NCBI RefSeq assembly: GCF_006345805.1 | Contig: NC_043010.1 | Span: 52,390,001 to 52,454,000, forward strand | Origin: Octopus sinensis | Lineage: Eukaryota | Length of the DNA stretch: 64,000 nucleotides | Direction: 5' to 3' | Shown here: in pieces, positions 1 to 11,559 of the stretch | How positions within the stretch are numbered: position 1 is the first letter of the stretch | Layout: the number at the start of each line of letters is the position of its first letter | Notes under the pieces: model-generated | Seen by the model: only the letters and a program-made list of their open reading frames with translations | Told to the model about the DNA's origin: nothing | Database searches by the model: none | Translations under genes and position numbers: made by a program

Positions 1-101
1 GGCTTACAAAAGAATAAGTCCTGGGGTCGAGTTGCTCGATTAAAGGTGGTGCTCCAGCATGGCCGCAGTCAAATGACTGAAACAAGTAAAAGAGAGTAAA
101 G
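1..101 (+). mobile_element. SINE family A, 3' end (cut by window edge)
   Basis: Family A tail gaataagtcctggggtcgagttgctcg...ccagcatggccgcagtcaaatgactgaaacaagtaaaagag, shared with >15 copies in the window. Confidence 0.9.
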
Positions 102-120
102 AGTATGCGTGTATATATAT

Positions 121-366
121 ATGTGGCTAAATGGTAACAAGTCTGCTTACCAACCACATGGTTCCAAGCTAAAGTTCCACCCACTCGAACATCGCTTGAC
201 AACCGGTGCTGGTGAGTTTACGTCCCCATAACTTAGCCTATCAGCACGAGAGACCGATAGAATAAGTACTAGACTTACAAAAGAATAAGTTTTGGTGTCG
301 ATTTGCTCGACTAAAGGCGGTGTTCCAGCATGGCCGCAGTCATATGAATGAAACTAGTAGAAGAGT
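121..366 (+). mobile_element. SINE family A, internally deleted copy
   Basis: Degenerate head (tggctaaatggtaacaag...caaccacatggttcc) joined directly to tail (catcgcttgacaaccggtgctgg...). Confidence 0.8.
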
Positions 367-632
367 AAATAACAATGTGCTCACTATAATAGATCTCTTT
401 TCAATCGAAGATAAACATGCTATCTATCCAACGCTATGAATGTCTTTCGGCAGTAGTGTCTTGTAGTAAGCACCTACCATAATTATTTACTTCTCGAAAA
501 TTCCTTCGTCAGATATTAAGATTGCGCAAAAATATTCTCAAAATTTCGATTATAAAAAAAGAGTTTTCAGGAAAGGGTGTTATAGTCCTCAAAGGTAATT
601 TCTTTTTCAACATGACTTCTTTCCCCATTTCA

Positions 633-1015
633 TACTCTTTTACTTGTTTCAGTCATTTGACTGCGGCCATGCTAGAGCACCGCCTTTAGTCGAACAAATC
701 GACCCCGGGACTTATTCTTTTTGTAAGCCCAGTACTTATTCTATAGATCTTTTGCCGAACCGCTAAGTGACGGGGACGTAAACACACCAGCATCGGTTAT
801 CAAGCAATGCTAGGGGGACAAACACAGACACACAAACACACACATACATATATACGACAGGCTTCTTTCAGTTTCCGTCTACCAAATCCACTCACAAGGC
901 ATTGGTCGGCCCGGGGCTATAGCAGAAGACACTTTGCCCAAGATTCCACGCAGTGGGACTGAACCGGAACCATGTGGTTGGTTAGCAAGCTACTTACCAC
1001 ACAGCCACTCCTGCG
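633..1015 (-). mobile_element. SINE family A, full length (tRNA-derived head, CORE-like segment, internal TA/TG microsatellite)
   Basis: On the minus strand: A-box TGGCTGTGTGG, B-box-like GGTTCAGTCC, then ttgggcaaagtgtctt and the family tail ending aaaagagta. Confidence 0.92.
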
Positions 1016-1329
1016 TCGAGATTCATGAAATATCGCACACTCCGTATTTTTTTCACATAAAATTTCGATGTGATCGTAATTTATAGCATCTGAAAAGTAT
1101 GTTTAGAACATAACATTTAAAGAAAATTCGTTTCCTTGAAAGTTATGCGGAGGTAATATCGTGGAGTTGGGTGGAGATGTATATGTAGTTATGCCAAACT
1201 GACGTAAATTAAAGCCATTTTCTTATTCAGCTTTCTATTTCTTCTACAAAACCCAACAAATATGAAAGGATATAGGAATCAACTTAAACTCGGTTGATAC
1301 TGGATTGAGCTTATAATCTGTAGAAAGTA

Positions 1330-1731
1330 GCGCTGCAAATGTTAGAGCAACTTTTATATTTCCAACAATATAAACTACCACGCAGTAAACTGAAATGTCG
1401 CATTGAATATGATTTGTAACAGAAGCGTAATAAAGAAGTTTCAAAACTGCATTTTGATAAAAACATATTAAAACTGGACTTTATAAATAATTTTCCAGAC
1501 AATCTAACCGTTTATAGTTATAGTTATCTAACCGTTTATTTGCGCTGCAAATGTTAGAGCAACTTTTATATTTCCAACAATATAAACTACCACGCAGTAA
1601 ACTGAAATGTCGCATTGAATATGATTTGTAACAGAAGCGTAATAAAGAAGTTTCAAAACTGCATTTTGATAAAAACATATTAAAACTGGACTTTATAAAT
1701 AATTTTCCAGACAATCTAACCGTTTATAGTT
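1330..1731. repeat. Perfect 190-bp tandem duplication (period 212)
   Basis: 1330-1519 is identical to 1542-1731, with a 22-bp junction. Confidence 0.9.
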
Positions 1732-2164
1732 GCTTTCTTTCAATAAAAGTTACATAATAACAACTTATTAATAAGTAGCTTTCTTCAGTATGGAGTAGAT
1801 TATTAACATTATTATCATTATTTAAAGGGATAAAAATGTGACAAGTCAGTCAGTCGCCCGCTGACACTCGTTGACGCTACATCGAAGAGGCCAGGGAACA
1901 GAAGAAAGAAGACATGCCCCAACACCAGAGATGAAGATACCTCCGAAAGGGGGGACCTCTCCACGTCAAAACGGTATAGGTGTAGGGGCTGAAACCGGAC
2001 GTGGTTCCTCCTGATGATGTCTTGAGCTAACTGGATCGTATAAAGGAGCTGTTGTGGTAGCAGACCACGAAACACGATTGAAATTCCCCTTTAACACCAG
2101 CAAAGAATTCAGAAACATGAAAGGAATGAGAATAAAATTTACTTTTTTTTATAATCGAAATTTT

Positions 2165-2527
2165 ACCAACCACATGGTTCCGGGTTCAGTCCCACTGCGT
2201 GGCACCTTGGGCAAGTGTCTTCTACTATAGCCTCGGGCCGTCCAAAGCCTTGTGAGTGGATTTGGTAGACGGAAACTGAAAGAAGCCCGTCGTATATATG
2301 TATGTGCGTGTATGTTTGTGTGTCTGTGTTTGTCCCCCTAGCATTGCTTGACAACCGATGCTGGTGTGTTTATGTCCCCGTCAGATAGCGGTTCGGCAAA
2401 AGAGACCGATAGAATAAGTACTAGGCTTACAAAGAATAAGTCCCGGGCTCGAGTTGCTCGAATAAAGGCGGTGCTCCAGCATGGCCGCAGTCAAAATGAC
2501 TGAAACAAGTAAAAAGAGAAAAAGAGA
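2165..2527 (+). mobile_element. SINE family A (5' truncated)
   Basis: Matches family A from accaaccacatggttcc to the tail. Confidence 0.92.
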
Positions 2528-2869
2528 ATATTTTTGTGCAATCTTAATATCCGACGATGGAATTTTCGAGAAGTAAATAATTATAGTATGCGCTTACTCC
2601 AAGACACTACTACCGAAAGATATTCATAGCGTTGGATAGATAGCATGTTTATGTTCGCTTGAAAAGAGTTCTATTATAGTGAGCACATTTTTCTTTATCT
2701 AAAAAAAACAAAAAAACTGATTAATTTTAGGAGCAATTGCAAACCAATTTCGTATAAAATTGTATGTAAATTACTGCTAAATTAAATTGATATAATTGGC
2801 ATTGAATATTTTGCAGTACAGTAGCAAAATCGAAAAAGTAATAAGAACAATAACAATAATAGTAATAAT

Positions 2870-3340
2870 TTCAAATTTTGGCTTCAGGCCAGCAAGTTCG
2901 GGGATGGGTGTAGGTCGATTACATCGACCCTAGTGCTCAACTGGTACTTATTTTATCGACCCCGAAAGGATGAAAGGCAAAATATACCTCGGCAGATTTT
3001 GAACTCAGAGCGTAAGGACGGATTAAATGCTGCTAAACATTTTGCCCGGTGCGGTAATGATTTTGCCAACTCACCGCCTCACTACTACTAATACTACTAC
3101 TACTAATAATAATAATGATAATAATAATTAATTTTGCTGGAGGTACAAGGCCTTAAATTGGGGGAGGGGACTAGTTGATTACATCGACACCAGTGTTTCA
3201 CTGGTTCTTAATTTATCGACCCCGAAAAGATGAAGGGCAAAATCGACCTCGGCGGAATTTGAACTCAAAACGTAGCGACGGGCGATATACCGCTAAGCAT
3301 TTTGCCCGGTGTGCTAACGATTCTACCGGCTCGCCGCCTA
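2870..3340 (-). mobile_element. Two SINE family B copies separated by (TAC/TAA)n
   Basis: Reverse complement of the family B consensus ggcggcgagctggcag...ctgagttcaaattccgccgaggtcgactttgcctttcatcctttcggggtcgataaa. Confidence 0.85.
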
Positions 3341-3356
3341 TAATAATAATAATAAT

Positions 3357-3797
3357 ACCACAGATTTGCTTGTTAGTTGTTTGACCTTAACCAGTTGAGC
3401 ATGTCCCTTAGTGGCTGACGATATGTGCATCTCTGATCACGAGCAGAAGTAGTGGGGGAGCATCATAGCCATGTGTTGAGAGGGATTCTTTGGGGTTTGA
3501 ATAATTCACCTCTGGAAACATGGGTGGTTCTTTCAACAACCCTTATTCAGGGACCTTTTGAGCGGGATGTGCTACTCAACCTGAAGAAAATTCTAACTGG
3601 GCCCCACCTGCAAGGTCATGTGCTGTTTATCTTGATATGAGATCACCATGTCGCGCACATGGTTGTGATGCATGTGCCTGGTGTACCCTTATCAGACGGG
3701 TAGTCATGATGGGTATATTGGGCTTCGTATATTTTACCCCAGTGTCACTTTGATGGCATGAACTGCTCTCTCACTCAATAATAATAATAATAAACAT
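3357..3797 (+). mobile_element. Family D TAA-embedded non-autonomous element, 5' truncated
   Basis: Matches the 3' ~420 bp of the copy at 36995-37553; ends ctctctcactc(aat)n and is preceded by (aat)n. Confidence 0.85.
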
Positions 3798-4060
3798 CTT
3801 GATGGCAAAGTGGAAAACATTGTTATGTGTTAAGGATTTTGAAAAAGGTAAGACTGTATCCAACGTTCGACCAATAATGTGTATTCTGCTAATGTGGAAA
3901 ACTATTGTCAGGTGTTTTGTGCGGTGAACTGTATAGATACTTAGATAAAAGTAAGCTAAAGGAGTTGGACAGGAAGATCAGAAAGCTCTTAACCATGTAT
4001 GGAACGTGCAGACACAATCATTCACGTGCAGACACTGATCGCCTATACATGAGGAAATGG

Positions 4061-4592
4061 AGCTCAATCCTTTCTACAATAGGTACGAGGCCAGCAACTT
4101 CTGGGAAGGGAGTGAGTCGGTAGCATCGACCCCAGTAGTCAACTGGTACTTATTTTATCGATTTCGAAATGATGAAAGGCAAAGTCGGCCTCAGCCGAAT
4201 TTGAACTCAGAAAGTGAAGACGGACGAAATACCTATTTCTTTACTGCCCACAAGGGGCTACACACAGAGGGGACAGACAAACGGATTAAGTCGATTACAT
4301 CGACCCCAGTGCGTAACTGGTACTTATTTAACCGACCCCGAAAGGATGAAAAGCAAAGTCGACCTCGGCGGAATTTGAACTCAGAACGTAGTGGCAGACG
4401 AAATATCTATTTCTTTACTGCCCACAAGGGGCTAAACACAGAGGGGACAGACAAAGGGATTAAGTCGATTACATCGACCCCAGTGCGTAACTGGTACTTA
4501 TTTAACCGACCCCAAAAGGATGAAAAGCAAAGTCGACCTCGGCGGAATTTGAACTCAGAACGTAGCGGCAGACGAAAAACCGCTAAGCACTT
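4061..4592 (-). mobile_element. SINE family B head-to-tail trimer
   Basis: Three ~180 bp units; junctions aagaaatag(g/a)tatttcgtc. Confidence 0.88.
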
Positions 4593-4634
4593 TGCAAATG
4601 GAGGAAGGGTACTGATAAGTGTGAAAGACTGCAT

Positions 4635-5008
4635 GCGAGTGGCTGTGTGGTAAGTAGCTTGCTAACCAACCACATTGTTCCGGGTTCAGTTCCACTGCGT
4701 GGCATCTTGGGCAAGTGTCTTCTGCTATAGCCCCGAGCCGACCAATGCCTTGTGAGTGGATTTGGTAGACGGAAACTGAAAGAAGCCTGTCGTATATATG
4801 TTATATATATGTGTGTGTTTGTCCCCCTAGCATTGCTTGACAACCGATGCTGGTGTGTTTACGTCCCCGTCACTTAGCGGTTCGGCAAAAGAGACCGATA
4901 GAATAAGTACTGGGCTTACAAAAGAATAAGACCCGGGGTCGATTTGCTCGACTAAAGGCGGTGCTCCAGCATGGCCGCAGTCAAATGACTGAAACAAGTA
5001 AAAGAGAG
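4635..5008 (+). mobile_element. SINE family A inserted in the R4 LINE
   Basis: Full head-to-tail match to family A. Confidence 0.92.
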
Positions 5009-5484
5009 AATATCGAACTTGGGTACTTGCTGAAGTATTTACCATAAAGTGAGGAAACTTTGTCAGTGGTAGTTAGAGATGAGGGCATATTTGAAGAAAG
5101 GAGAAAAGGAAAAGAACGAAACAAGAAGTACAAGGACATGAAGAAGCACTGTGCAACAAGGGACTAGACGATCAATGCCATGTAGCCACGGGTAACATGT
5201 GGGACTGGCTGAAGAAAGAAACACTGGAAAAAGGGACCAAGCTTTGACCACAAACAATTAGGGGCAACCTTAGAATGAGCAAATGACTCCACTGTGCTGA
5301 ATCTGTAATAGAGTTTGTTGTAATAGACCATTATCCATATCGTGAACGCATGCCCTCATTATACCCAAAATCAATATAAGTAGGGCCGACACGATGAGGT
5401 AGGGAAAGTGCTACATGGGAAACTGTGAACAGTAGTGGTTAGAGTGAGGCAAGGCGTGGTACGAACACAAGCTACAGAGACCTG

Positions 5485-5718
5485 AAGGCGGCGAGCTGGC
5501 AGAAACGTTAGCGCGCCGGGCGAAATGCTTAGCAGTATTTCGTCTGCCGTTTCGTTCTGAGTTCAAATTCCGCCGAGGTCGACTTTGCCTTTCATCCTTT
5601 CGGGGTCGATTAAATAAGTACAGTTACGCACTGGGGTCGATATGATCGACTTAATCCGTTTGTCTGTCCTTGTTCGTCCTCTCTGTGTTTAGCCCCTTGT
5701 GGGTAGTAAAGAAATAGG
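5485..5718 (+). mobile_element. SINE family B inserted in the R4 LINE
   Basis: Family consensus; cagagacctg at 5475-5484 and 5722-5731 is a possible TSD. Confidence 0.9.
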
Positions 5719-6254
5719 AGTCAGAGACCTGCAAAATCCTATGGGATTTTCCAATCCAAATAGACCGAGTGCTTCAGGACAAGCCGGACCTAGTGGTGGT
5801 GAACAAGGTGAACCACATGACCTATATAGTTGATGTTACACAACCCTTTGGCCCATGAATAGTCAAGGACGAAGGCAAAACAATAGATGCATACAATTCT
5901 CTTAAATACAAAATAACTTGGCGGTGGAAAATAAAGAAAGTGAAGATAGTATAGTACCAGTCATTGTTAGGTTTGGGGGGGGGACAGTATCAGAAGGTAT
6001 CAAAAGGAAATCGAAATTGAGTGCTCAGTAGAGCTTATTAGAAAAGGTTTACCTCCTTGGCGCGGCCAAGGTAATCAGGTATTAGATAGCTGCAAAGAAC
6101 AGATAGTATGGAACCGTAGGAGTTCCAACAAAATCTGAGTTAAAATAATGATAATGATTTCAAATTTTTACCACAGGGCAGCTTTCGGGAAGGGATTAAG
6201 TCGATTACACGACCCCAGTGTTTCACTGGTACTTAATTTATCAACCCCGAAAGG

Positions 6255-6590
6255 GCAGAAGTAATGGGGGAGCATCATAGCCATGTTTTGAGAGAAATTC
6301 TTTGGGGGTTTGGATATTTCACATTTGGAAACATAGGTGTTTTGTTCAACATCCTTAAACAACCCTTATTCAGGGACCTTTTGAGCGGGATGGGCTACTC
6401 GGCCTGACGAAAATTCTAAATGGGCCCCACCTGCAAGGTCATGCGCTGTTTATCTTGATATGAGATCACTATATCGTGCACATATGGTTGTGATGCATGT
6501 GCCTGGTGTACCCTTATCAGACGGGTATTCTGGGCTTCGTATATTTTACCCGTGTCACTTTGATGGCATGCACTGCTCTCTCACTCAATA
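6255..6590 (+). mobile_element. Family D element, 3' part
   Basis: Matches 3445-3780; ends ctctctcactcaata then tac/taa repeats. Confidence 0.85.
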
Positions 6591-6624
6591 CTACTACAAC
6601 TACTATTACTACTAATAATAATAA

Positions 6625-6840
6625 TAATTCTTTCTACTATAGGCACAAGGCCTGGAATTAGTAGGGAAGGGGATAGTCGATTACATCGACCCCAATACTT
6701 GACTGGTATTTAATTTATCGACCCTGAAAGGATGAAAGGCAAAGTCGACCTCAGCAGAATTTGAACTGAGAACGTAAAGATGGACGAAATACCACTAGGC
6801 ATTTTGCCCGGCTGGCTAACGATTCTGCCAGTTCACCGCT

Positions 6841-6879
<39 letters not shown>

Positions 6880-7321
6880 TAATAATAATAATTAATAATA
6901 ATAATAATCCTTTCTTCCATAGGCACAAAGCCTGATATTTCAGGGCGGGGTAAGTAGATTCCATGGACCCAAGTGTTCAACTGGTACTTATGTTATCGAC
7001 TACGAAAAGATGAAAAGCAAAATCGACTTCTGTGAAATTTGAACTCAGATCGTGAAGACGGACGAAACAGCACTAAGCATTTTGCCCGAAGTGCTAACGA
7101 TTCTGCCAGCTCAATCCGTTCTACAATAGGTACAAGGCCAGCAACTTCCGAAAAGGGAGTGAGTCGGTAGCATCGACCCCAGTCATCAACTGGTACTCAT
7201 TTTATCGAACCCGAAATTATGAAAGGCAAAGTCGGCCTCAGCCGAATTTGAACTCAGAAAGTGAAGACCGTTACACGATTTGCTCGGTGTGCTAACGATT
7301 TTGCCAGCGCGCCAAATTATA

Positions 7322-7374
<53 letters not shown>

Positions 7375-7592
7375 ATCGTTTCTGCTATAGGCACAAGGCC
7401 TGAAATTTGAGGTGAGGGGGTCTAATCGATTACATCGACCCCAGTGCATAACTGATACTCATTATTATCTACCCCGAAAGAATGAAAAGCGAAGTCAACC
7501 TTTGTCGCATTTGAACTCAGAACGTAAAGACGGACGAAATGTCGCCAAGCATTTTTTCCTGGCTTGCTAATGATTCTGTCAGCTCGCCGCCT
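6625..7592 (-). mobile_element. Cluster of four co-oriented SINE B copies separated by (TAA)n/(TTA)n
   Basis: Family B matches at ~6625-6842, 6908-7112, 7113-7312 and 7376-7592. Confidence 0.85.
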
Positions 7593-7644
7593 TAAATAAT
7601 AATAATAATAACAATAACAACAATAAATGTATAAATAAATGTAA

Positions 7645-7980
7645 TCTTTTTTACCTGAAAATAATCGATTCAGCATCCCATGCTGTGATATAAATTATGG
7701 AAGAAGAAGAAGAAGAAGAAGAAGAAGAAGAAGAAGAAGAAGAAGAAGAAGAAGAAGAAGAAATTTACGTTACAAAATTAATGAAGGAATCAATTATCGA
7801 ATGTCAAACGATGACCTCAAACATGACTCCAAAAGTAACAACTATGGATTTTTGCTATTTTAAATACAGTCTGTAAGAGTTTCCTGCAGAGATGTTGAAG
7901 AGTAATTAGGTATTGACAAAGTGTGGTGCGATTGTTATAAACAAAAGAAGATAAAAAAAAAAAAAAGAGCCAAGTAGGAA
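7645..7980 (+). pseudogene. Disrupted paralog of the exon-like ORF at 40046-40272, with a (GAA)21 expansion
   Basis: ~90 bp identical to 40129-40220 and flanks roughly 70-80% similar; 1-bp deletions cause stops; conserved AG|GTATTG. Confidence 0.5.
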
Positions 7981-8218
7981 AGTATTTTTACGTCAGTAAT
8001 GTTGAGCTTGTGCCACGTTTGGCGGCAGCGACGATCTGCAGGTTTTTAAAAGGCGGTAAGTGATAGGCTCTGAAAAGTAAAAAAAAAAAAAAGAGCCAAG
8101 TAGGAAGTATTTTTACGTCAGTAATGTTGAGCTTGTGCCACGTTTGGCGGCAGCGACGATCTGCAGGTTTTTAAAAGGCGGTAAGTGATAGGCTCTGAAA
8201 AGTAAAAAAAAAAAAAAA
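7955..8218. repeat. ~120 bp tandem duplication bounded by poly-A runs
   Basis: gagccaagtagg...ggctctgaaaagt(a)n occurs twice. Confidence 0.85.
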
Positions 8219-8244
8219 GCCTCCCTGCAGTGTCGTGTAATATA

Positions 8245-8880
8245 CTCTTTTTATTTGTTTCTGTCATTTGACTGCGGTCGTGCTGAAGCACCGCCTTGGA
8301 GTGTTTTAGTCAAACGAATCGACCCTAGGACTTAAAAAAAAAAAACTAGTACTTATACTTTTTGTCTCTTATGGATTGGAAGCACTCCGTCGGTTACGAC
8401 GATGAGGGTTCCGGTTGATCCGAATCAACGGAACAGCCTGCTCGTGAAATTAACGTCTAAGTGGCTGAGCACTCCACAGACACGTGTACCCTTAACGTAG
8501 TTCTCGGGGATATTCAGCGTGACACAGAGAGTGACAAGGCCGGCCCTTTGAAATACAGGTACAACAGAAACAGGAAGTAAGAGTGAGAGAAAGTTGTGGT
8601 GAAAGAGTACAGCAGGGATCACCACCATCCCCTGCCGGAGCCTCGTGGAGCTTTAGGTGTTTTCGCTCAATAAACACTCACAACGCCCGGTCTGGGAATC
8701 GAAACCGCGATCCTATGACCGCGAGTCCGCTGCCCTAACCACTGAGCCATTGCGCCTCCACATTTTTTGTCTCTTATACCGAACCGCCGTATGACGGGGA
8801 CCTAAACACACCAACAATGGTTGCCAAGCCGTAATGAAGGACAAACACGCACATACACACACATACATAGACATATGTGT
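8245..8880 (-). mobile_element. Degenerate SINE A tail interrupted by SINE C
   Basis: Family A tail motifs at 8245-8372 continue at 8764-8880. Confidence 0.75.
8373..8762 (-). mobile_element. SINE family C, tail type 1 (tRNA-Arg-like head), with 14-bp TSD
   Basis: Minus-strand head tggaggcgcaatggctcagtggttagggcagcggactcgcgg...gtttcgattccc; TSD tttttgtctcttat at 8359-8372 and 8764-8777. Confidence 0.93.
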
Positions 8881-9462
8881 GTGTGTGTATGCATATATAT
8901 ATATATGAGAAAGGCGCGATCCAGAGAGGAGTGGACAGCGTGCTGTGACCAGCGGTGTCAAATGGACGCCTGACGGACTGGTCGGTCAAGGTGGTCATAT
9001 ATATATATATATCTCTTATTATAAAAGGCAGATTTTATCTGCCTCCCTTTGGGAGTTATACAAATCTACAATATAGGATTTCTTCAATTACAATTTACCT
9101 AGCAGTTTTAAGAGTACAATGCATCGCGTCATGCCAGGTCCAGTTTTTAAAATTTAAACTCCAATTAAGCAAAATTTACAGAAAACTCACATTCTGGTGT
9201 GTGTGTCAAATGCTTTTCTTAGTCTGGTTTACACCACACGCAAACGCACACACACAGTGGGCAACGAATAAAATGAAAGTAAATGTAATATTTGTTTCTG
9301 TCTATCACGCTGATAGATACATGAGTAAAATGTATGGGAAGCTAACAGATAACAGTGAGTGAAAATGTTCTTGGAAGAGAGTAAATTAGCGACAGTGATT
9401 TGAGGAAGACTAAACTGAAACTATGAAACAGTGTTTATGTATAAACAGACGACACTTATATA

Positions 9463-9780
9463 AACCCTTTCGTTACCAAACCGCCCGAATTTACCTATTC
9501 ATATTTAAATGAGAATATCAGAGTAAATCTCTTTAGTACATTCGTGAAAACACGTATTATACTTCGTAAACACTTCAAATACAGTTTTGTACAAAAATCG
9601 AAGTGTAATTTTAATTCCGTGAATTATGGGAGATTTTTTTCCGAAATTTGTTCCTATTGTGTTTTCAAAATTTGTAATTCTGACAAAAAATGGATACGAA
9701 TTTCATTATATCAAGCAGCGAGTCAGAATTCGAAGGATTTTCTACTGAAGACCTTCATAAATCTAACTCTATGACTGAAA
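9463..9780 (+). mobile_element. Possible piggyBac-like 5' end fragment
   Basis: Starts aaccctttcgttacc (CCCTTT-type end); later encodes MDTNFIISSSESEFEGFSTEDL, an acidic N-terminus like that of PGBD-type transposases; truncated at the Helitron. Confidence 0.4.
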
Positions 9781-9791
9781 AAAAAAAAGCA

Positions 9792-10186
9792 TCTTTATAT
9801 AAGAGTGAAGTTGTGTGTCTGTCCCCTTCGATTTACATTCGTAATTACTCCCACATTTTGCGGTGCAGTTTAACCAAAAGCGGGTATCTTATAGTCGTGA
9901 TTCATATCGAGCCCTTCTGGGTATTAGCGTGCGTCTACGATGAGTCTACGATTTTAAAAAAATTTACCATCATATTTTTCCATTTTAATGCATTTTTTTC
10001 GCTTTTATATAAGGGAAGTAACTCTCTAAAAATATCTACGATGTGTCAACGATTTAAAAAAAATTTACCTTAATTTTTTTTCAATTTTTAATGCATTTTT
10101 TTTGCTATTTTTTGGCTATAACTCTCTAAAAATGCTTATATAGTTATTTCCCTTACAACCCGAGCAACGCCGGGCGATACTGCTAG
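9792..10186 (+). mobile_element. Non-autonomous Helitron
   Basis: 5' TC after A, 3' hairpin cccgagcaacgccggg then CTAG followed by T; second copy at 62252-62648. Confidence 0.88.
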
Positions 10187-10299
10187 TATATAATAATAAT
10201 ATGAGGGAATATTATTCCAAACTTACAAGGAAAAAATTCAATTTAGAAATACTAAATTTGAGAAAAGGTGTTTTTTTTTTTTAAATTTATATATATACA

Positions 10300-10447
10300 T
10301 CAGGTTTCTTTCAGTTTCCGTCTACCAAATCCACCCACAAGGCTTTGTTTGGCCGAGGCTATAATAGAAGACACTTGCCCAAGATGCCACGCTGTGGGAC
10401 TAAACCCGGAACCATGTGGTCGGGAAGCAAGCTTCTTACTACGCAGC
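10300..10447 (-). mobile_element. SINE A head half
   Basis: Reverse complement of the family A 5' half. Confidence 0.8.
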
Positions 10448-10453
10448 CACCTC

Positions 10454-10640
10454 TACCGTATATACCGGCGTATAAGACGCGCATTTCGTTTATGCTTAAA
10501 GCTTGAAAAAAGAATTGTCATGCATCTAATGCGACCATATTATGGATGAGATACCGAGCGTATTAAATTTGTTTTTTCCACAAAACAGTAGGCGTCAGTC
10601 TTAAGCGAGATTGCGTCTTATACTCCGCCAAAATGCTGTA
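10454..10640. mobile_element. Tc1/mariner (Tigger/pogo-like) MITE
   Basis: TA|CCGTATATACCGGCGTATAAGACGC ... GCGTCTTATACTCCGCCAAAATGCTG|TA: imperfect TIRs with TA ends. Confidence 0.7.
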
Positions 10641-10676
10641 CCTATAAGCAGTTACCTAACATTAAAATACAAAATA

Positions 10677-10845
10677 TGCAAGCATGGTTATGTGATAAGA
10701 GGTTTACTTCCCAATCACATGGTTCCGGGTTCAGTCCCACTGCGTGGCACCTTGGGCAAGTGTCTTCTACTATAGCCTCGGGTCGACCAAAGCCTTGTGA
10801 GTGGATCTGGTTGTTGGAAACTAAAAGAAGCCCGTCGTATATATG

Positions 10846-10878
<33 letters not shown>

Positions 10879-10895
10879 TTGTGTTTGTCCCGCAC
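10677..10895 (+). mobile_element. SINE A head half
   Basis: Matches family A up to the internal microsatellite and gtttgtcccg. Confidence 0.82.
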
Positions 10896-11109
10896 AAACA
10901 ACACCTAGCAGCCATCTTAAAAATACTTGTAACAGAAAGATTGTACGATATAATCCACCGTAAAAAAATAATTGATATAAAATAACGTAAATACATTTCT
11001 CTCCCACATTAGAAAATATGGTTATAAATTCCACATGCTGCCTGAACAAGTTGCAGAACATGTTAAGTTCCATTAACTGTTACAATACAATACAATACAA
11101 AAATATTAA

Positions 11110-11315
11110 TCTCTAACATAGACACAGAGCCTGCAATTTAAAGGGGGGAGGGGCGATCTCATAGAACCACAGTGTTCAACTGGTACTTATTTTATAGATG
11201 TCGAAAGTATGAAAGGCAAAGTCTCAGCGGAATTTGAACTCAGAAAGTATAGACTGACGAAATGTCGCTAAGTATTTTGCCCGGAGTGCTAACGATTCTG
11301 CCAGCTCGCAGCCTC
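11110..11315 (-). mobile_element. SINE family B
   Basis: Family consensus on the minus strand. Confidence 0.8.
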
Positions 11316-11559
11316 ATAATAGAAAAATATAGGCGCAAGATTTCAATTTTGGGAGTTGCTTAATAGTTAATTTAATTGACATTCGTACTTTATTGGTATT
11401 TTATTTTCTCGATAATGGAAGGCAGAGTTGATTTCTTTGTAATTTGAACTCAGAACGTAAACTGTCTCATTACTGCAAAGTTGCTGGCAAGAATATCTCA
11501 GTCAAACCAAGGAAAAAGAAACAGTATGCAATTTCAGAAATATATAGTACTTTCATCTA

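Larger units (their letters stand above)
374..2690. repeat. Inverted repeat pair with ~190 bp arms; candidate decayed TIR/foldback element
   Basis: 374-563 is the reverse complement of 2142-2164 plus 2528-2690; the right arm is split by a SINE A insertion. Confidence 0.7.
3798..6150 (+). pseudogene. Decayed R4/Dong-clade RLE LINE in three pieces (3798-4058, 5030-5484, 5719-6150)
   Basis: Translated remnants: LKELDRKIRKLLTMYG...ADTDRLY (RT thumb); WDWLKKE, IIHIVNACP, HDEVGKVLH (CCHC/RHD region); CKILWDFPIQIDRVLQDKPDLVVVNK...IVDV (PD-(D/E)xK RLE); ends in aataatgataat. Confidence 0.85.

Noticed and set aside
4057-4653. 198-aa ORF with internal repeats
   Set aside because: Antisense reading of the SINE B trimer
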